A stretch of 64,000 bases of DNA from Gemmatimonadota bacterium (GTDB taxonomy: Bacteria; Gemmatimonadota; Gemmatimonadetes; Longimicrobiales; Gaopeijiaceae): the NCBI GenBank assembly GCA_034521595.1, contig JAXHMG010000003.1, forward strand, positions 2,016,001-2,080,000, in the 5' to 3' direction. This document shows positions 1-9,794 of this stretch, in pieces. The notes under the pieces are model-generated. The model was not told the DNA's origin, searched no databases, and was given only the letters and a program-made list of their open reading frames with translations. How positions within the stretch are numbered: the first letter of the stretch is position 1; each line of letters starts with the position of its first letter. The position numbers and the translations under genes are program-made.

Positions 1-97
1 GCGCGACGACGAAGGTGTAGATGCCTTCTTCATCCATCTGGTCGGCCGTCTTTTCGGTAACGACCGGCGCCTTGATCACGTCCCAGGGCTCACGCAT
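1..97 (-). CDS. rplW: 50S ribosomal protein L23 (N-terminal part; runs off the window)
   Basis: Manual translation from ATG at 97 gives MREPWDVIKAPVVTEKTADQMDEEGIYTFVV; follows rplD in S10 operon order. Confidence 0.9.
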   Translation of the reverse strand, partial: MREPWDVIKAPVVTEKTADQMDEEGIYTFVVA

Positions 98-743
98 CGG
101 TGGCCTCCTCGGTGTCGTCGGTCGCGCTGTCCTTGCCGACCGCGTCCATCGCGCTCCGCTCGATGACGACCGTTTGGGCCGAGAGCACGTCGTAGACGGA
201 CTCGTCCCCGAACGGCATCACCGTCACGTCGGGAAGGTTTCGGGCGGAAAGGTACACGTTCTCGTTGACGCCGTCCGTGAGCAGCAGAATGCCGCCGTCG
301 ATCTCCGCCGCCTTGAAGAGCTCCCGCAGCGAGCGGGTCTTCGGGGCGTCGAGCTCCGGTAGGTCCGCCAGGATCACGCGGTCCTGCTCGGCGCGGTCGT
401 TCAGCGCGGAGCGGCGCGCGAGTTGGCGTGCCTTCTTGGGCAGCTTCTGTCGCCACGAGTGGGGGATGGGTGGGAAGCCCACTCCACCGCCGATCCACTG
501 GACCGCCCGGATCGTGCCCTGACGGGCGCGCCCGGTGCCTTTCTGGCGCCACGGCTTCCGGCTGCCGCCGCGTACCGCGGCACGGTTCTTCGCGGCCGCC
601 GTGCCCTGGCGCTGATTCGAGCGATACGCCTTCACCGCGAGGTGCATGGCGCTCTCGTTCACGACGCCGTCGAAGAGCGCGTCGGGCAATGCCCTGGCGC
701 GGCCCTTCGTACCGTCGGCCTTGTAATAATTCGCCTTATACAT
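90..743 (-). CDS. rplD: 50S ribosomal protein L4
   Basis: RQGTAAAKNRAAVRGGSRKPWRQKGTGRARQG motif. Confidence 0.97.
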   Translation of the reverse strand: MYKANYYKADGTKGRARALPDALFDGVVNESAMHLAVKAYRSNQRQGTAAAKNRAAVRGGSRKPWRQKGTGRARQGTIRAVQWIGGGVGFPPIPHSWRQKLPKKARQLARRSALNDRAEQDRVILADLPELDAPKTRSLRELFKAAEIDGGILLLTDGVNENVYLSARNLPDVTVMPFGDESVYDVLSAQTVVIERSAMDAVGKDSATDDTEEATDA

Positions 744-746
744 GGC

Positions 747-1364
747 TCACTTCGAGATCAAAACGTAGCCGTCGCGGGCGCCTGGAACGCCGCCCTTCAC
801 GAACAGCAGGTTGCGGTCACCATCCACCCGCACGACCTGCAGATTACGAATGGTCGTCCGGTTCCCTCCCATGCGACCCGGGAGCTTCTTCCCCTTGATC
901 ACGCGGGACGGGTCCGTGCCCGGGCCGACCGTGCCCGGATTCCGGGACATCGGGTGGCCGTGGGAGGCGGGACGGCCACTGAAGCCGTACCGCTTCACGA
1001 CCCCCTGGAACCCTCGCCCCTTCGATTTGCCGGTCACCTTGATGAGGTCTCCGGCCTCGAACAGGTCCACGGTGAGCTGTTGGCCCACCTCGTACTCTTC
1101 TTCCTCACCGACGCGGAACTCCCGCATCAGGTTCGGCGCTACCTCGAGGCCGGCCTTGGCCGCATGCCCGTTTTCGGGGCGCGTGGCCCTACGGGTGTTC
1201 TGTGCGCCAAAGCCGAGCTGAACGGCGCGGTAGCCGTCCTGCTCTTCCGACCTCACCTGTACTACAGGGCACGGACCGGCCTCGATGACGGTGACGGGCA
1301 CCTGCACGCCCTCGTCATTGAAGATCCTGGTCATGCCGACCTTTTTTCCGATCAATCCGGGCAT
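747..1364 (-). CDS. rplC: 50S ribosomal protein L3
   Basis: [12 protein letters not shown]...[11 protein letters not shown]...[10 protein letters not shown]; start trimmed to ATG at 1364. Confidence 0.97.
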   Translation of the reverse strand: MPGLIGKKVGMTRIFNDEGVQVPVTVIEAGPCPVVQVRSEEQDGYRAVQLGFGAQNTRRATRPENGHAAKAGLEVAPNLMREFRVGEEEEYEVGQQLTVDLFEAGDLIKVTGKSKGRGFQGVVKRYGFSGRPASHGHPMSRNPGTVGPGTDPSRVIKGKKLPGRMGGNRTTIRNLQVVRVDGDRNLLFVKGGVPGARDGYVLISK

Positions 1365-1380
1365 TTCCGGAGTTCCTCCG

Positions 1381-1689
1381 TCAGTCGACCTTGATCTCGA
1401 CGTCGACACCGGCCGGAAGATCCAGCTTGGTCAACGCGTCGACCGTCTGTGAACGGCTCTCGACGATGTCGATCAGTCTCTTGTGCGTCCGCAACTCGAA
1501 CTGCTCGCGGGCCTTCTTGTCGATATGAGGCGACCGCAGCACCGTCCAACGCTGCCGGCGCGTGGGGAGCGGAATCGGCCCCCGTACCGTCGCGCCCGTC
1601 TTCTGGGCCGTGCGCACGATGTCCGCGGCGGTCTGATCGACCACCCAGTGATCGAACGCCTTCAGTCGGATTCTGATTCTTTCAGCCAT
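1381..1689 (-). CDS. rpsJ: 30S ribosomal protein S10
   Basis: [11 protein letters not shown]...GPIPLPT...[21 protein letters not shown]. Confidence 0.98.
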   Translation of the reverse strand: MAERIRIRLKAFDHWVVDQTAADIVRTAQKTGATVRGPIPLPTRRQRWTVLRSPHIDKKAREQFELRTHKRLIDIVESRSQTVDALTKLDLPAGVDVEIKVD

Positions 1690-1709
1690 GTGTTCCTTCG
1701 ATGGGTGGG

Positions 1710-1853
1710 GGGGCCGTGTTGAAGCGGACCCCCGCGTCGCTCAGCCGTTCGGCCGCATGTTGTTCGTTACTGCTTCCTTCTTCCGCTTGCCTCACTCCGC
1801 CGCTAAGCGCGGCGGAGCCTCGCTCACGCGGGGGTCCGCTTCAACACGGCCCC
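1710..1853. repeat. Palindromic MITE/REP-like element, module B copy 1
   Basis: 28-bp perfect inverted repeat GGGGCCGTGTTGAAGCGGACCCCCGCGT (1710-1737 / 1826-1853) with an internal hairpin CTCCGCCGC-TAAGC-GCGGCGGAG; second copy at 21801-21945. Confidence 0.85.
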
Positions 1854-2007
1854 TCGCGCCCTTCTGTTCCGCCGGCCGGTCAACCGCTCCGGTGGGCGGC
1901 GCCCGATCCGAGGGTCGCTCGATCAGGCCTGTCTTTGTTCTTCTGTAGTGGAGGGAGCGCCGCTCCCTCCTTCCGCTACACCTGCCTTCGCGCGAAGCGC
2001 GGGCAGG

Positions 2008-2222
2008 TGCTCCGGTGATCGTCGACCAGCCGGTGTCCCGGGCCGGAGCGGCCGGCGCGGGGCGCTCGTCCGGAGGAGCGGCTCTGCGGAGGGACTCGGT
2101 CGGCCCTCCGCAGAGCGAAGCCAACCTCCCGGCCCTCCTACCGTCCCGCCTCCCGGCGAAGCGGCCCGACTCCGGACGAGCGCCCCGCGACTGCCGCGCA
2201 GCTCCCGCCCACAACACCCGTC
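2008..2222. repeat. Structured repeat directly 3' of tuf, module A copy 1
   Basis: Near-identical to 22044-22257; nested stems CGGGGCGCTCGTCCGGAG/CTCCGGACGAGCGCCCCG and GCTCTGCGGAGGG/CCCTCCGCAGAGC. Confidence 0.85.
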
Positions 2223-3416
2223 CTAGTCGATGATCTCCGTCACCACGCCCGCACCCACCGTGCGACCTCCCTCCCGAATCGCGAACCGCAACTCCGGGTC
2301 CATCGCAATCGGCGTGATCAACTCCACTTCCATCTGCACGTTGTCGCCAGGCATCACCATCTCCACTCCATCCGGGAGATGCGCCGCGCCCGTCACGTCC
2401 GTCGTCCGGAAGTAAAACTGCGGTCGGTATCCATCGAAAAACGGCGTGTGACGTCCACCCTCTTCCTTCGTCAGCACGTACACCTCCGCCTTGAACTTCG
2501 TATGCGGCGTGATCGTGCCCGGCTTCGCCAACACCTGGCCCCGCGCGATCTGGTCCTTCTGTACCCCGCGAAGCAACAGCCCCGCGTTGTCCCCAGCCCG
2601 CCCTTCGTCCAGCAGCTTCCGGAACATCTCGATGCCCGTCACCACCGTCTTCTTGTCCTGCTCCATCCCGACGATCTCCACCTCGTCCCCCACCTTCACC
2701 ACACCCCGCTCGATCCGGCCCGTCGCAACCGTCCCTCGGCCCGTGATGCTGAACACATCCTCCACCGGCATCAGGAACGTCTTGTCAATATCACGCTCCG
2801 GCTCCGGAATATACGCATCCAGCGCCTCCACCAACTCCTGGATGCACGCCGTATCCTCGTTCTCCTCCCCGGCGGCCTCCATCGCCTTCAACGCCGATCC
2901 CTTGATCACCGGAATGTCGTCACCCGGAAAATCATACTCGCTCAGCAGCTCCCGAACCTCCAACTCCACCAGCTCCAGGAGCTCCTCGTCATCCACCATG
3001 TCCACCTTGTTCATGAACACGACGATGTAGGGCACGTTCACCTGACGCGCCAGCAAAATATGCTCCCGCGTCTGCGGCATCGGTCCGTCCGCCGCGCTCA
3101 CCACCAGAATCGCGCCGTCCATCTGCGCCGCCCCGGTGATCATGTTCTTCACATAGTCCGCGTGCCCAGGACAATCCACGTGCGCGTAGTGACGGCTCTC
3201 CGTCTCGTACTCCACGTGCGCCGTCGCAATCGTGATCCCCCGCTCCCGCTCCTCCGGCGCCTTGTCGATCATGTCGAACGCCACCGCATCCCCACCAAAC
3301 TTCTTCGCCTGCGTCAGCGTGATCGCCGCCGTCAACGTCGTCTTCCCATGATCCACGTGGCCAATCGTCCCCACGTTCACATGCGACTTCGTCCGCTCAA
3401 ACTTCGCCTTGCCCAT
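2223..3416 (-). CDS. tuf: Elongation factor Tu (str-operon copy)
   Basis: [28 protein letters not shown]; 397 aa. Confidence 0.99.
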   Translation of the reverse strand: MGKAKFERTKSHVNVGTIGHVDHGKTTLTAAITLTQAKKFGGDAVAFDMIDKAPEERERGITIATAHVEYETESRHYAHVDCPGHADYVKNMITGAAQMDGAILVVSAADGPMPQTREHILLARQVNVPYIVVFMNKVDMVDDEELLELVELEVRELLSEYDFPGDDIPVIKGSALKAMEAAGEENEDTACIQELVEALDAYIPEPERDIDKTFLMPVEDVFSITGRGTVATGRIERGVVKVGDEVEIVGMEQDKKTVVTGIEMFRKLLDEGRAGDNAGLLLRGVQKDQIARGQVLAKPGTITPHTKFKAEVYVLTKEEGGRHTPFFDGYRPQFYFRTTDVTGAAHLPDGVEMVMPGDNVQMEVELITPIAMDPELRFAIREGGRTVGAGVVTEIID

Positions 3417-3466
3417 GCTGCTAGCCTCTTCTGCTGAATCTGGTCACTGAATGCGTTGTGGCTGGA

Positions 3467-5566
3467 TCACTGGTCCTGGCCATTGGCCGCCATGATCTCG
3501 TCGGCCTTCGTCTTCGGCACTTCTTCGTATTGTGCGAACTGCATGGTGTACACGGCGCGCCCCTGACTCAGGGACCGGAGCGTCGTCGAATAACCGAACA
3601 TCTCACCGAGCGGAACGGTCGCGGTGATGACCCGCGCACCCGCGCGCTCGGTCATCTGGCCGACACGGCCCCGCCGGGACGAGAGGTCGCCGATGATGTC
3701 TCCCATGTAGTCCGTCGGCGTCACGACCTCGACATCCATGATCGGCTCGAGCAGGGCGGGGCCCGCCTTGCGGACGCCTTCCTTGAGCGCCATGGAACCG
3801 GCGATCTTGAACGCCATCTCGTTCGAGTCGACGTCGTGGTACGACCCGTCCACGAGCTCGACCCGAAGATCGATGATGGGATAGCCGGCGAGCACGCCCG
3901 TATCGAGCGCCTCCCGGATCCCCTGCTCTACCGAGCCGATGTATTCCCGGGGAATCACGCCACCCACGATCTTGTCCTCGAACGTGAAGCCGGCTCCGGT
4001 CTCGCCCGGCTCGATGTTGATGACCACGTGCCCGTACTGACCCCGGCCACCCGTCTGGCGGATGAACTTGCCCTCCACCTGCTCGGCCCGGTGCTTGATC
4101 GTCTCGCGGTACGCGACCTGGGGACGGCCAATGTTGGCCTCCACCCCGAACTCACGCTTGAGCCGGTCGACGATGATCTCGAGATGGAGCTCCCCCATCC
4201 CGGAAATGATCGTTTGGGCGGTCTCTTCATCCGTGAACACGCGGAACGTCGGGTCTTCGTCGGCCAGCTTGACCAGGCCCGCGCTCAGCTTGTCCTGATC
4301 GACCTTGGTCTTCGGCTCGATCGCCACGGCGATCACCGGCTCGGGGAATTTCATCGCCTCGAGGATGATCGGTTCCTTCTCGTCGCTCAGCGTATCGCCC
4401 GTCTTGACGTCCTTGAGGCCGATGGCCGCCGCGATATCACCCGCGTAGACCTCGTCCCGCTCCTCACGCTTGTTCGCGTGCATCTGCAGGATTCGCCCGA
4501 CGCGCTCCCGCTTGTCCTTCGTCGCGTTGTAGACGTAGCTGCCCGCCGGCAACGAGCCGGAGTACACGCGGAAGAACGTCAGCTTACCGACATACGGATC
4601 GCTCGCGATCTTGAACGCCAGGGCCGAGAACGGTGCGTCGTCGTTGGCCTCCCGCGTGTCGTGCGTCTCGTCGTGGTGCGGCAGGTGCCCCTCGATCGGA
4701 GGCACGTCGACCGGCGACGGGAGGTAGTCGATCACCCCGTTGAGCAGGAGCTGCACACCCTTGTTCTTGAACGCCGAGCCACAGAACACCGGGAAGAGCT
4801 CACCACTGAGCGTCGCCGAGCGCACGGCGGAGCGGAGCTCTTCGGTCGTGAGCTCCTCACCCGCCAGGTACTTCTCGATCAGCTCGTCGTCGTGCTCGAC
4901 CGCCGCCTCGAGGAGCTCGCTCCGGAGCCGCTCGATCTCGTCGTGCAGCCCGTCGGGAATCTCCCCCTCGGAGAACTTCGAGCCCATCTCGTCCTCATAG
5001 ATGACGACCCGGCGCTCGATGATGTCGATCACGCCCGTGAAGAGCTCACCCTCACCGAGAGGATACTGGACGGGGTGGGCGTTGGCGCCCAGCCGGTCGC
5101 GCATCATCTCGACGACGTTCATGTAGTCCGCGCCGACGCGATCCATCTTGTTGACGAATGCGATGCGGGGCACTCCGTAGCCGTCCGCCTGCCGCCAGAC
5201 CGTCTCGGACTGGGGCTCGACGCCGCCCACGGCACAGAAGACCGCGACGGCTCCATCGAGCACGCGCAAGGAACGCTCCACCTCGGCGGTGAAGTCCACG
5301 TGCCCGGGGGTGTCGATGATGTTGATGCGAAACTCTTCGTCGAACCGCTTCCAGTACGCGGTGGTCGCCGCGGACGTGATGGTGATGCCGCGTTCCTGCT
5401 CCTGCTCCATCCAGTCCATGGTGGCCGCGCCATCATGCACCTCGCCCACCCGGTGCACACGTCCCGTGTAAAACAGGATGCGCTCCGTCGTCGTCGTCTT
5501 ACCGGCATCGATGTGCGCCATGATGCCGATGTTGCGTAGCCGGGGCAGTGGAGTCTTTCTGGGCAT
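3467..5566 (-). CDS. fusA: Elongation factor G
   Basis: [34 protein letters not shown]. Confidence 0.99.
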   Translation of the reverse strand: MPRKTPLPRLRNIGIMAHIDAGKTTTTERILFYTGRVHRVGEVHDGAATMDWMEQEQERGITITSAATTAYWKRFDEEFRINIIDTPGHVDFTAEVERSLRVLDGAVAVFCAVGGVEPQSETVWRQADGYGVPRIAFVNKMDRVGADYMNVVEMMRDRLGANAHPVQYPLGEGELFTGVIDIIERRVVIYEDEMGSKFSEGEIPDGLHDEIERLRSELLEAAVEHDDELIEKYLAGEELTTEELRSAVRSATLSGELFPVFCGSAFKNKGVQLLLNGVIDYLPSPVDVPPIEGHLPHHDETHDTREANDDAPFSALAFKIASDPYVGKLTFFRVYSGSLPAGSYVYNATKDKRERVGRILQMHANKREERDEVYAGDIAAAIGLKDVKTGDTLSDEKEPIILEAMKFPEPVIAVAIEPKTKVDQDKLSAGLVKLADEDPTFRVFTDEETAQTIISGMGELHLEIIVDRLKREFGVEANIGRPQVAYRETIKHRAEQVEGKFIRQTGGRGQYGHVVINIEPGETGAGFTFEDKIVGGVIPREYIGSVEQGIREALDTGVLAGYPIIDLRVELVDGSYHDVDSNEMAFKIAGSMALKEGVRKAGPALLEPIMDVEVVTPTDYMGDIIGDLSSRRGRVGQMTERAGARVITATVPLGEMFGYSTTLRSLSQGRAVYTMQFAQYEEVPKTKADEIMAANGQDQ

Positions 5567-5616
5567 CTATCTCGGTCCTTCTGTCGAAGTCCTTCGCGTC
5601 CAGCACACGGATGTGC

Positions 5617-5675
5617 AAAAAAATGAGCGCGGCCCCTGCCGCCGCCGTCCCTGAGGACGGACAGTGTCCGCGCTC
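5617..5675 (-). terminator. Terminator/attenuator-like hairpin plus U7 tract between rpsG and fusA
   Basis: Minus strand GAGCGCGG...CCGTCC/GGACGG...CCGCGCTC followed by A-TTTTTTT. Confidence 0.5.
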
Positions 5676-5760
5676 CAACTAATCGGAGAGGGCCCGCGGG
5701 CCATCGCGTTCCGAATTTTTCCCGCGAGTCTCCGAGAGAGCCGCGAGCCCTGCGAACCCG

Positions 5761-6231
5761 CTACCAGCGGTAGTGCGCGAACGCCTTGTTCGCTTCAGCC
5801 ATCCGGTGCGTGTCGTCCTTCTTCTTGACTGTGGAGCCCTCGCCACGGCTGGCCGAGAGCAGCTCTCCGGCCAAGCGCTCGGACATGCTCTTCTCGGAGC
5901 GGCGCCGCGCGAAATCGATCAGCCAACGGCTGGCCAGCGCGGTACGGCGCTCCGGGCGAACTTCGACCGGCACCTGGTACGTGGCACCACCGACGCGCCG
6001 GCTCTTCACCTCGAGCGCCGGCTTCGCGTTGGTCAGCGCCTGTTCGAACACCTGAAGGCTGGGCTGTCCCGCCCGCTCTTCGAGGAGGTCCATCGCTTCG
6101 TAGAAGATCCTCTCCGCAACCGACTTCTTCCCATCGTACATCAGGTTGTTGATGAACCTGGTGACGGCGGGTGAATCGAAGCGTGGATCCGGAGGAGTCT
6201 CCTTCGTGATTGCCCGGGAACGACGGCTCAT
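5761..6231 (-). CDS. rpsG: 30S ribosomal protein S7
   Basis: [18 protein letters not shown]...[15 protein letters not shown]. Confidence 0.98.
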   Translation of the reverse strand: MSRRSRAITKETPPDPRFDSPAVTRFINNLMYDGKKSVAERIFYEAMDLLEERAGQPSLQVFEQALTNAKPALEVKSRRVGGATYQVPVEVRPERRTALASRWLIDFARRRSEKSMSERLAGELLSASRGEGSTVKKKDDTHRMAEANKAFAHYRW

Positions 6232-6245
6232 TTCTTTCGCCTACC

Positions 6246-6617
6246 TTACTTGGGCCTCTTGGCCCCGTACTTGGAACGCCCCTGCCGGCGGGCTGCGACT
6301 CCGGAAGCGTCGAGCGTGCCACGAACGACGTGGTAGCGGACACCCGGAAGGTCCTTCACACGGCCACCGCGGATCATCACGATCGAGTGCTCCTGGAGGT
6401 TGTGACCCTCACCACCGATGTAAGCCGAAACCTCGAAGCCATTCGTGAGACGTACACGAGCCACCTTGCGGAGCGCGGAGTTCGGCTTTTTCGGCGTCGT
6501 GGTATAGACGCGCGTGCAGACTCCCCGCTTCTGCGGGTTATTTTGAAGCGCCGGAGCCTTGTTCTTCTTCTTTACGGCTTTCCGGCCCTTTCTCACGAGC
6601 TGGCTGATGGTCGGCAT
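6246..6617 (-). CDS. rpsL: 30S ribosomal protein S12
   Basis: [10 protein letters not shown]...[13 protein letters not shown]...[12 protein letters not shown]; start at ATG 6617. Confidence 0.98.
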   Translation of the reverse strand: MPTISQLVRKGRKAVKKKNKAPALQNNPQKRGVCTRVYTTTPKKPNSALRKVARVRLTNGFEVSAYIGGEGHNLQEHSIVMIRGGRVKDLPGVRYHVVRGTLDASGVAARRQGRSKYGAKRPK

Positions 6618-6709
6618 GCAACCTCTGTCTTGAAAAAAGCGCGCCGGTGTGCGGCGCGCCGAATCGGCCTGGTCCATCCCGGCCGGACGTGGTCCGACGA
6701 GAGCATGGA

Positions 6710-6738
6710 AAGGTAGACGTGGGTCCTCGGGGTGTCAA
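6710..6738 (-). promoter_or_regulatory. sigma70-type promoter of the str operon
   Basis: TTGACA-17 nt-TACCTT on the minus strand, about 90 nt upstream of rpsL. Confidence 0.7.
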
Positions 6739-6769
6739 CGGTGAATTGTGGGGACTTTGCGGGTGGGTG

Positions 6770-6863
6770 GGAAAGAGGCCCTCGGAGGTCTCTAGGAGGG
6801 GCCGCTTCGCTCGGATGCCTTCGGCATCCAAGCCCCTCTACGAGACCTCCGAGGGCCCCTTCC
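6770..6863. repeat. Long nested palindrome (REP/MITE-like)
   Basis: 16-bp inverted repeat GGCCCTCGGAGGTCTC/GAGACCTCCGAGGGCC enclosing GAGGGG/CCCCTC, a GCTTCGCTC motif and GGATGCC-TTC-GGCATCC. Confidence 0.7.
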
Positions 6864-6961
6864 TGCGACCGCGGTGGGCACCCCACTCGTGCACCGTGGG
6901 ACCCGCTCGGAGACCCGTCGGTGAGGCAACGAGCCGCTGCGGCCTCGGGCGCCGCGCCGTG

Positions 6962-9590
6962 CTAGCTTCGGGACGATCCGGACGGCCGTTCCGGGCGCTT
7001 CTGCAGCAGCTCGTCGAACCAATCGAAGATCCGGTCCCACATGTCCAGGACGTTCGCGCGGCCGTGGATCGTGTGACCTTCGCCGGCGTAGCGGGCGAGG
7101 CGCACCCGCTTTCCTGCGCGAGCGAGCTCGTTGAAGAACATCTCGGCCTGCTGCACCGCCACGAAGTCCTGGTCTCCGTGGATGAGGAGGAGGGGCGTCT
7201 CCACGTCGTCGACGTAGGTGAGGGGGCTAGCCTCCCGGTAACGCTCCGGCGCCTCGAAGGGGGGAGCCCCCATCCGTCCCTGACCGGACTCGTAGTAGCC
7301 CGCGGTCGCGAGCTGAAAGGCTCGCGGATCCGAGATATGGCCGTAGCGGGCGCGCGCGTCGAAAGTGCCGTAGTGGGAGCGCAAGTGTGACATGCCGGCG
7401 GAGGAAACGGCGGCCCGGAAGCGATCCGTCTGGCTCACGAGATGGTTCACGCCGTACCCGCCGTAGCTGTGCCCCATCGCCCCCAGGCGATCGACATCCG
7501 CCAGCCCCTCGTCCACTGCGCGCTCCACGGCGGGGAGCACCGCATCCCGCAGGCTCGGCCGGCCGTCATGGGAGCGCTCCTCGAGGGGGACGCTGGGCAG
7601 GAGCACCGCGTAGCCGCGGGACGCGAGGAGCTGCAGCGCGCCGATCCCCACGGGACGGTTGAGTCGCACCGACCCGGGCGCGCTCTCTCCGTAGGTCCTC
7701 CCGGGATAGATGGAGACTACGGTCGGGTGCGGCCCTTCGTCCTCGCCGCCGGGGGGGAGGATGATCCAGGCGGTCTGCTCTTCGCCGTCGGAGCCGGGGT
7801 ACGTCAGCCTACGGGCCTCGCCCGGCTCCACCTCGGCGAGCCACCGATCCGCGGTCATGATCGTGTCCACGGCGCCGGAATGGATGGAGCCGCGGGTCAC
7901 CCCGAGCCAGGTCCCCTCGTCATTCGAGCGGGCGAACGTGGCCGCGCCGTTGGAGAACGAGACGTCCCGTGGTGCTCCCTCCGGCACCGGGATCCGCTTC
8001 ACGTCGCGGAGGCGCGACCCTTCGATCCGCGCGGCCCGAATCTCCGGACCGTCGCGCGCGCCGACGAGGAGACCGATGGGGCCGCCGGGCGCTCGGCGTG
8101 CGCCGGGAGGATCTCCGCCGGGCAGGCGGGGGGAGGCGGGCCACGCGATCCCCCGGACGGACGCCTCCCATTCTTCCGTGAGACGCTCCGCGCCCCGCTC
8201 GGAGTCGATCCTCCACAGGTCTCCTTCGGCCACGCCGGCGGCTCCCCCGGGCACGGGAAGGAGCTCCTCGGGGACCGTCTCCATCCCCTCCGTGAGGTTT
8301 TTCCACCCGTCGTCCGGATCCAGCCCCCACCAATCGGCCCGGTCGCTCGTCCGGTCCGCGGCGAGGCTTCGGGCGCGAACGAGGAGCTCGGACCCTCCGC
8401 TCCACGCGACCGCCGCGACCCCGGTGGAAGCCTCGCCCACGGTCCGCAGGTCCCCCTCGACGGGGTCGACCACGACGACGCGCGTGTGGGAGGGCGTCCC
8501 CTCTCCACCGCGATCCCGGGAGAGGAAAGCGTAGGCGCTCGCGTCGGGGGCCCACCGGAGCGTGAAGTACCGGGGGCTGCCCACGTCCTCCAGTGCGGTT
8601 GCCGCGGTGGACGCGCCGGCCCGGGGCGGCCCGCCTCTGCCCGCCTCACCGAGCCGTGAGCGGGGCGAAGCCCGGACGGGTGCCGAAGGTCGTCATCTGC
8701 TCGGCCGTCCGCTCCGGGTCCGTCGGCGGCACCGGCGGGTGGGAAAAGGTGGCGAGCCAGCGTCCGTCCGGGGAAGGCGCCGTGAGTCCCCAGCGCCCCT
8801 CCGTCGCCACCCGCGAGGAGCCGTCCGTCCCCACCACGAGCACTTCGGCGGCGGGAAGGGGGTTCGCGTCGTCCCCGCTCGGCTCCGAGTCGAGCACGTC
8901 CACGGTGACCTCTTGTCCGCTCCAGGACGCCTCCCAGCGGCGGGCCGCGAAGAGCCCGGGTCGGGTCTGCTCGGCGAGGATCCGCCCCCGTCCGAGCGCG
9001 CCCTCCGGTCCCACGGCCACGGCCAGCTCCTCGGGGGAGACCCAATGGAAGAGTAGGGCGCCGATCTGCGTCAGATGGACCCGCCGGTCCGTCAGGAGAC
9101 GCGTCTCTCCACTCGCGCGCTCCCAGATCCAGGCGCGCACCTCGTTCCCTTCGACCGAGAGGAAGGCGAGGTGCTCCCCGTCCGGTGACCATCGGGGGTG
9201 GAACCACCCCGTGCCGTCGCCTTCCCCGCCGGCGACGGGGCGGGGCTCACCCCCGTCCGTGCGGGCGAGCCAGATCTCCGAGCGGGCTTGGGGGAAATCG
9301 GGGAGCATCTTCGTCGGGCCCTCCTCCCCGGGCCGGACCCGCTCGTAGGCCAGAACCCCTCCGTCCGGCGAGAACCGCACCTCCCCTATCCGGTGGAGCC
9401 GGAAGAGGTCCTCCGGTTGCAGTGTCCGGAGCGTGTCGGCCAATCCGTACTCCGCGCGGTTCGGAAGCGGAACCGCACCGTCCCATGGACGGGCGCCCAG
9501 AGTGCCACCGAGCAGCAGGGCCGCCACCGTGATCGAAACGAGACGTCGGGTCGGAGAACCACCCACCATCAAGAGCCTCCTTGCATCCAT
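6962..9590 (-). pseudogene. S9 family (prolyl oligopeptidase/acylaminoacyl peptidase) gene split by an apparent +1 frameshift
   Basis: ORF 8646-9590 has a signal peptide and PD40-like repeats (FSPDG, WSPDG); ORF 6962-8584 has GHSYGG, HGDQD and GEGH catalytic motifs; the two frames differ by 1 nt. Confidence 0.75.
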
Positions 9591-9687
9591 TCGGCGGGGG
9601 CCTCGCTGCGGCTCCCCGCATCTCTACTCGCCCGGCCCTACGGGATGCGGGGGCCTCGAGTTTTTCGATCACCAGTCCCCGCAAAGC

Positions 9688-9726
9688 AAAGAGCGGGGCG
9701 CCCCGTTTCAGGACGCCCCGCTCTTT
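9688..9726 (-). terminator. Intrinsic terminator after rpoC
   Basis: AAAGAGCGGGGCG/CGCCCCGCTCTTT stem; TTTGCTTT follows on the minus strand. Confidence 0.75.
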
Positions 9727-9794
9727 GGTCGCTACCGGCCCGGGCGCCGCGACGGGCAAAGGCCCGCGCGGCGGCTCCTGGTCCTTCTCCGGCG

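Noticed and set aside
1710-1853. Possible CRISPR array or autonomous IS
   Set aside because: Only two copies 20 kb apart, inverted rather than regularly spaced direct repeats; no cas or transposase gene in the window
1792-2233. Duplicated short ORFs in the post-tuf spacers (e.g. MLWAGAARQSRG..., MIVDQPVSRAG...)
   Set aside because: Arg/Gly/Pro-rich translations of palindromic repeats; an indel between the two copies changes the frame, which argues against coding
8646-8648. Selenocysteine or stop readthrough at the TGA of the first S9 ORF
   Set aside because: The catalytic domain is in a different frame, so readthrough would not join the two parts
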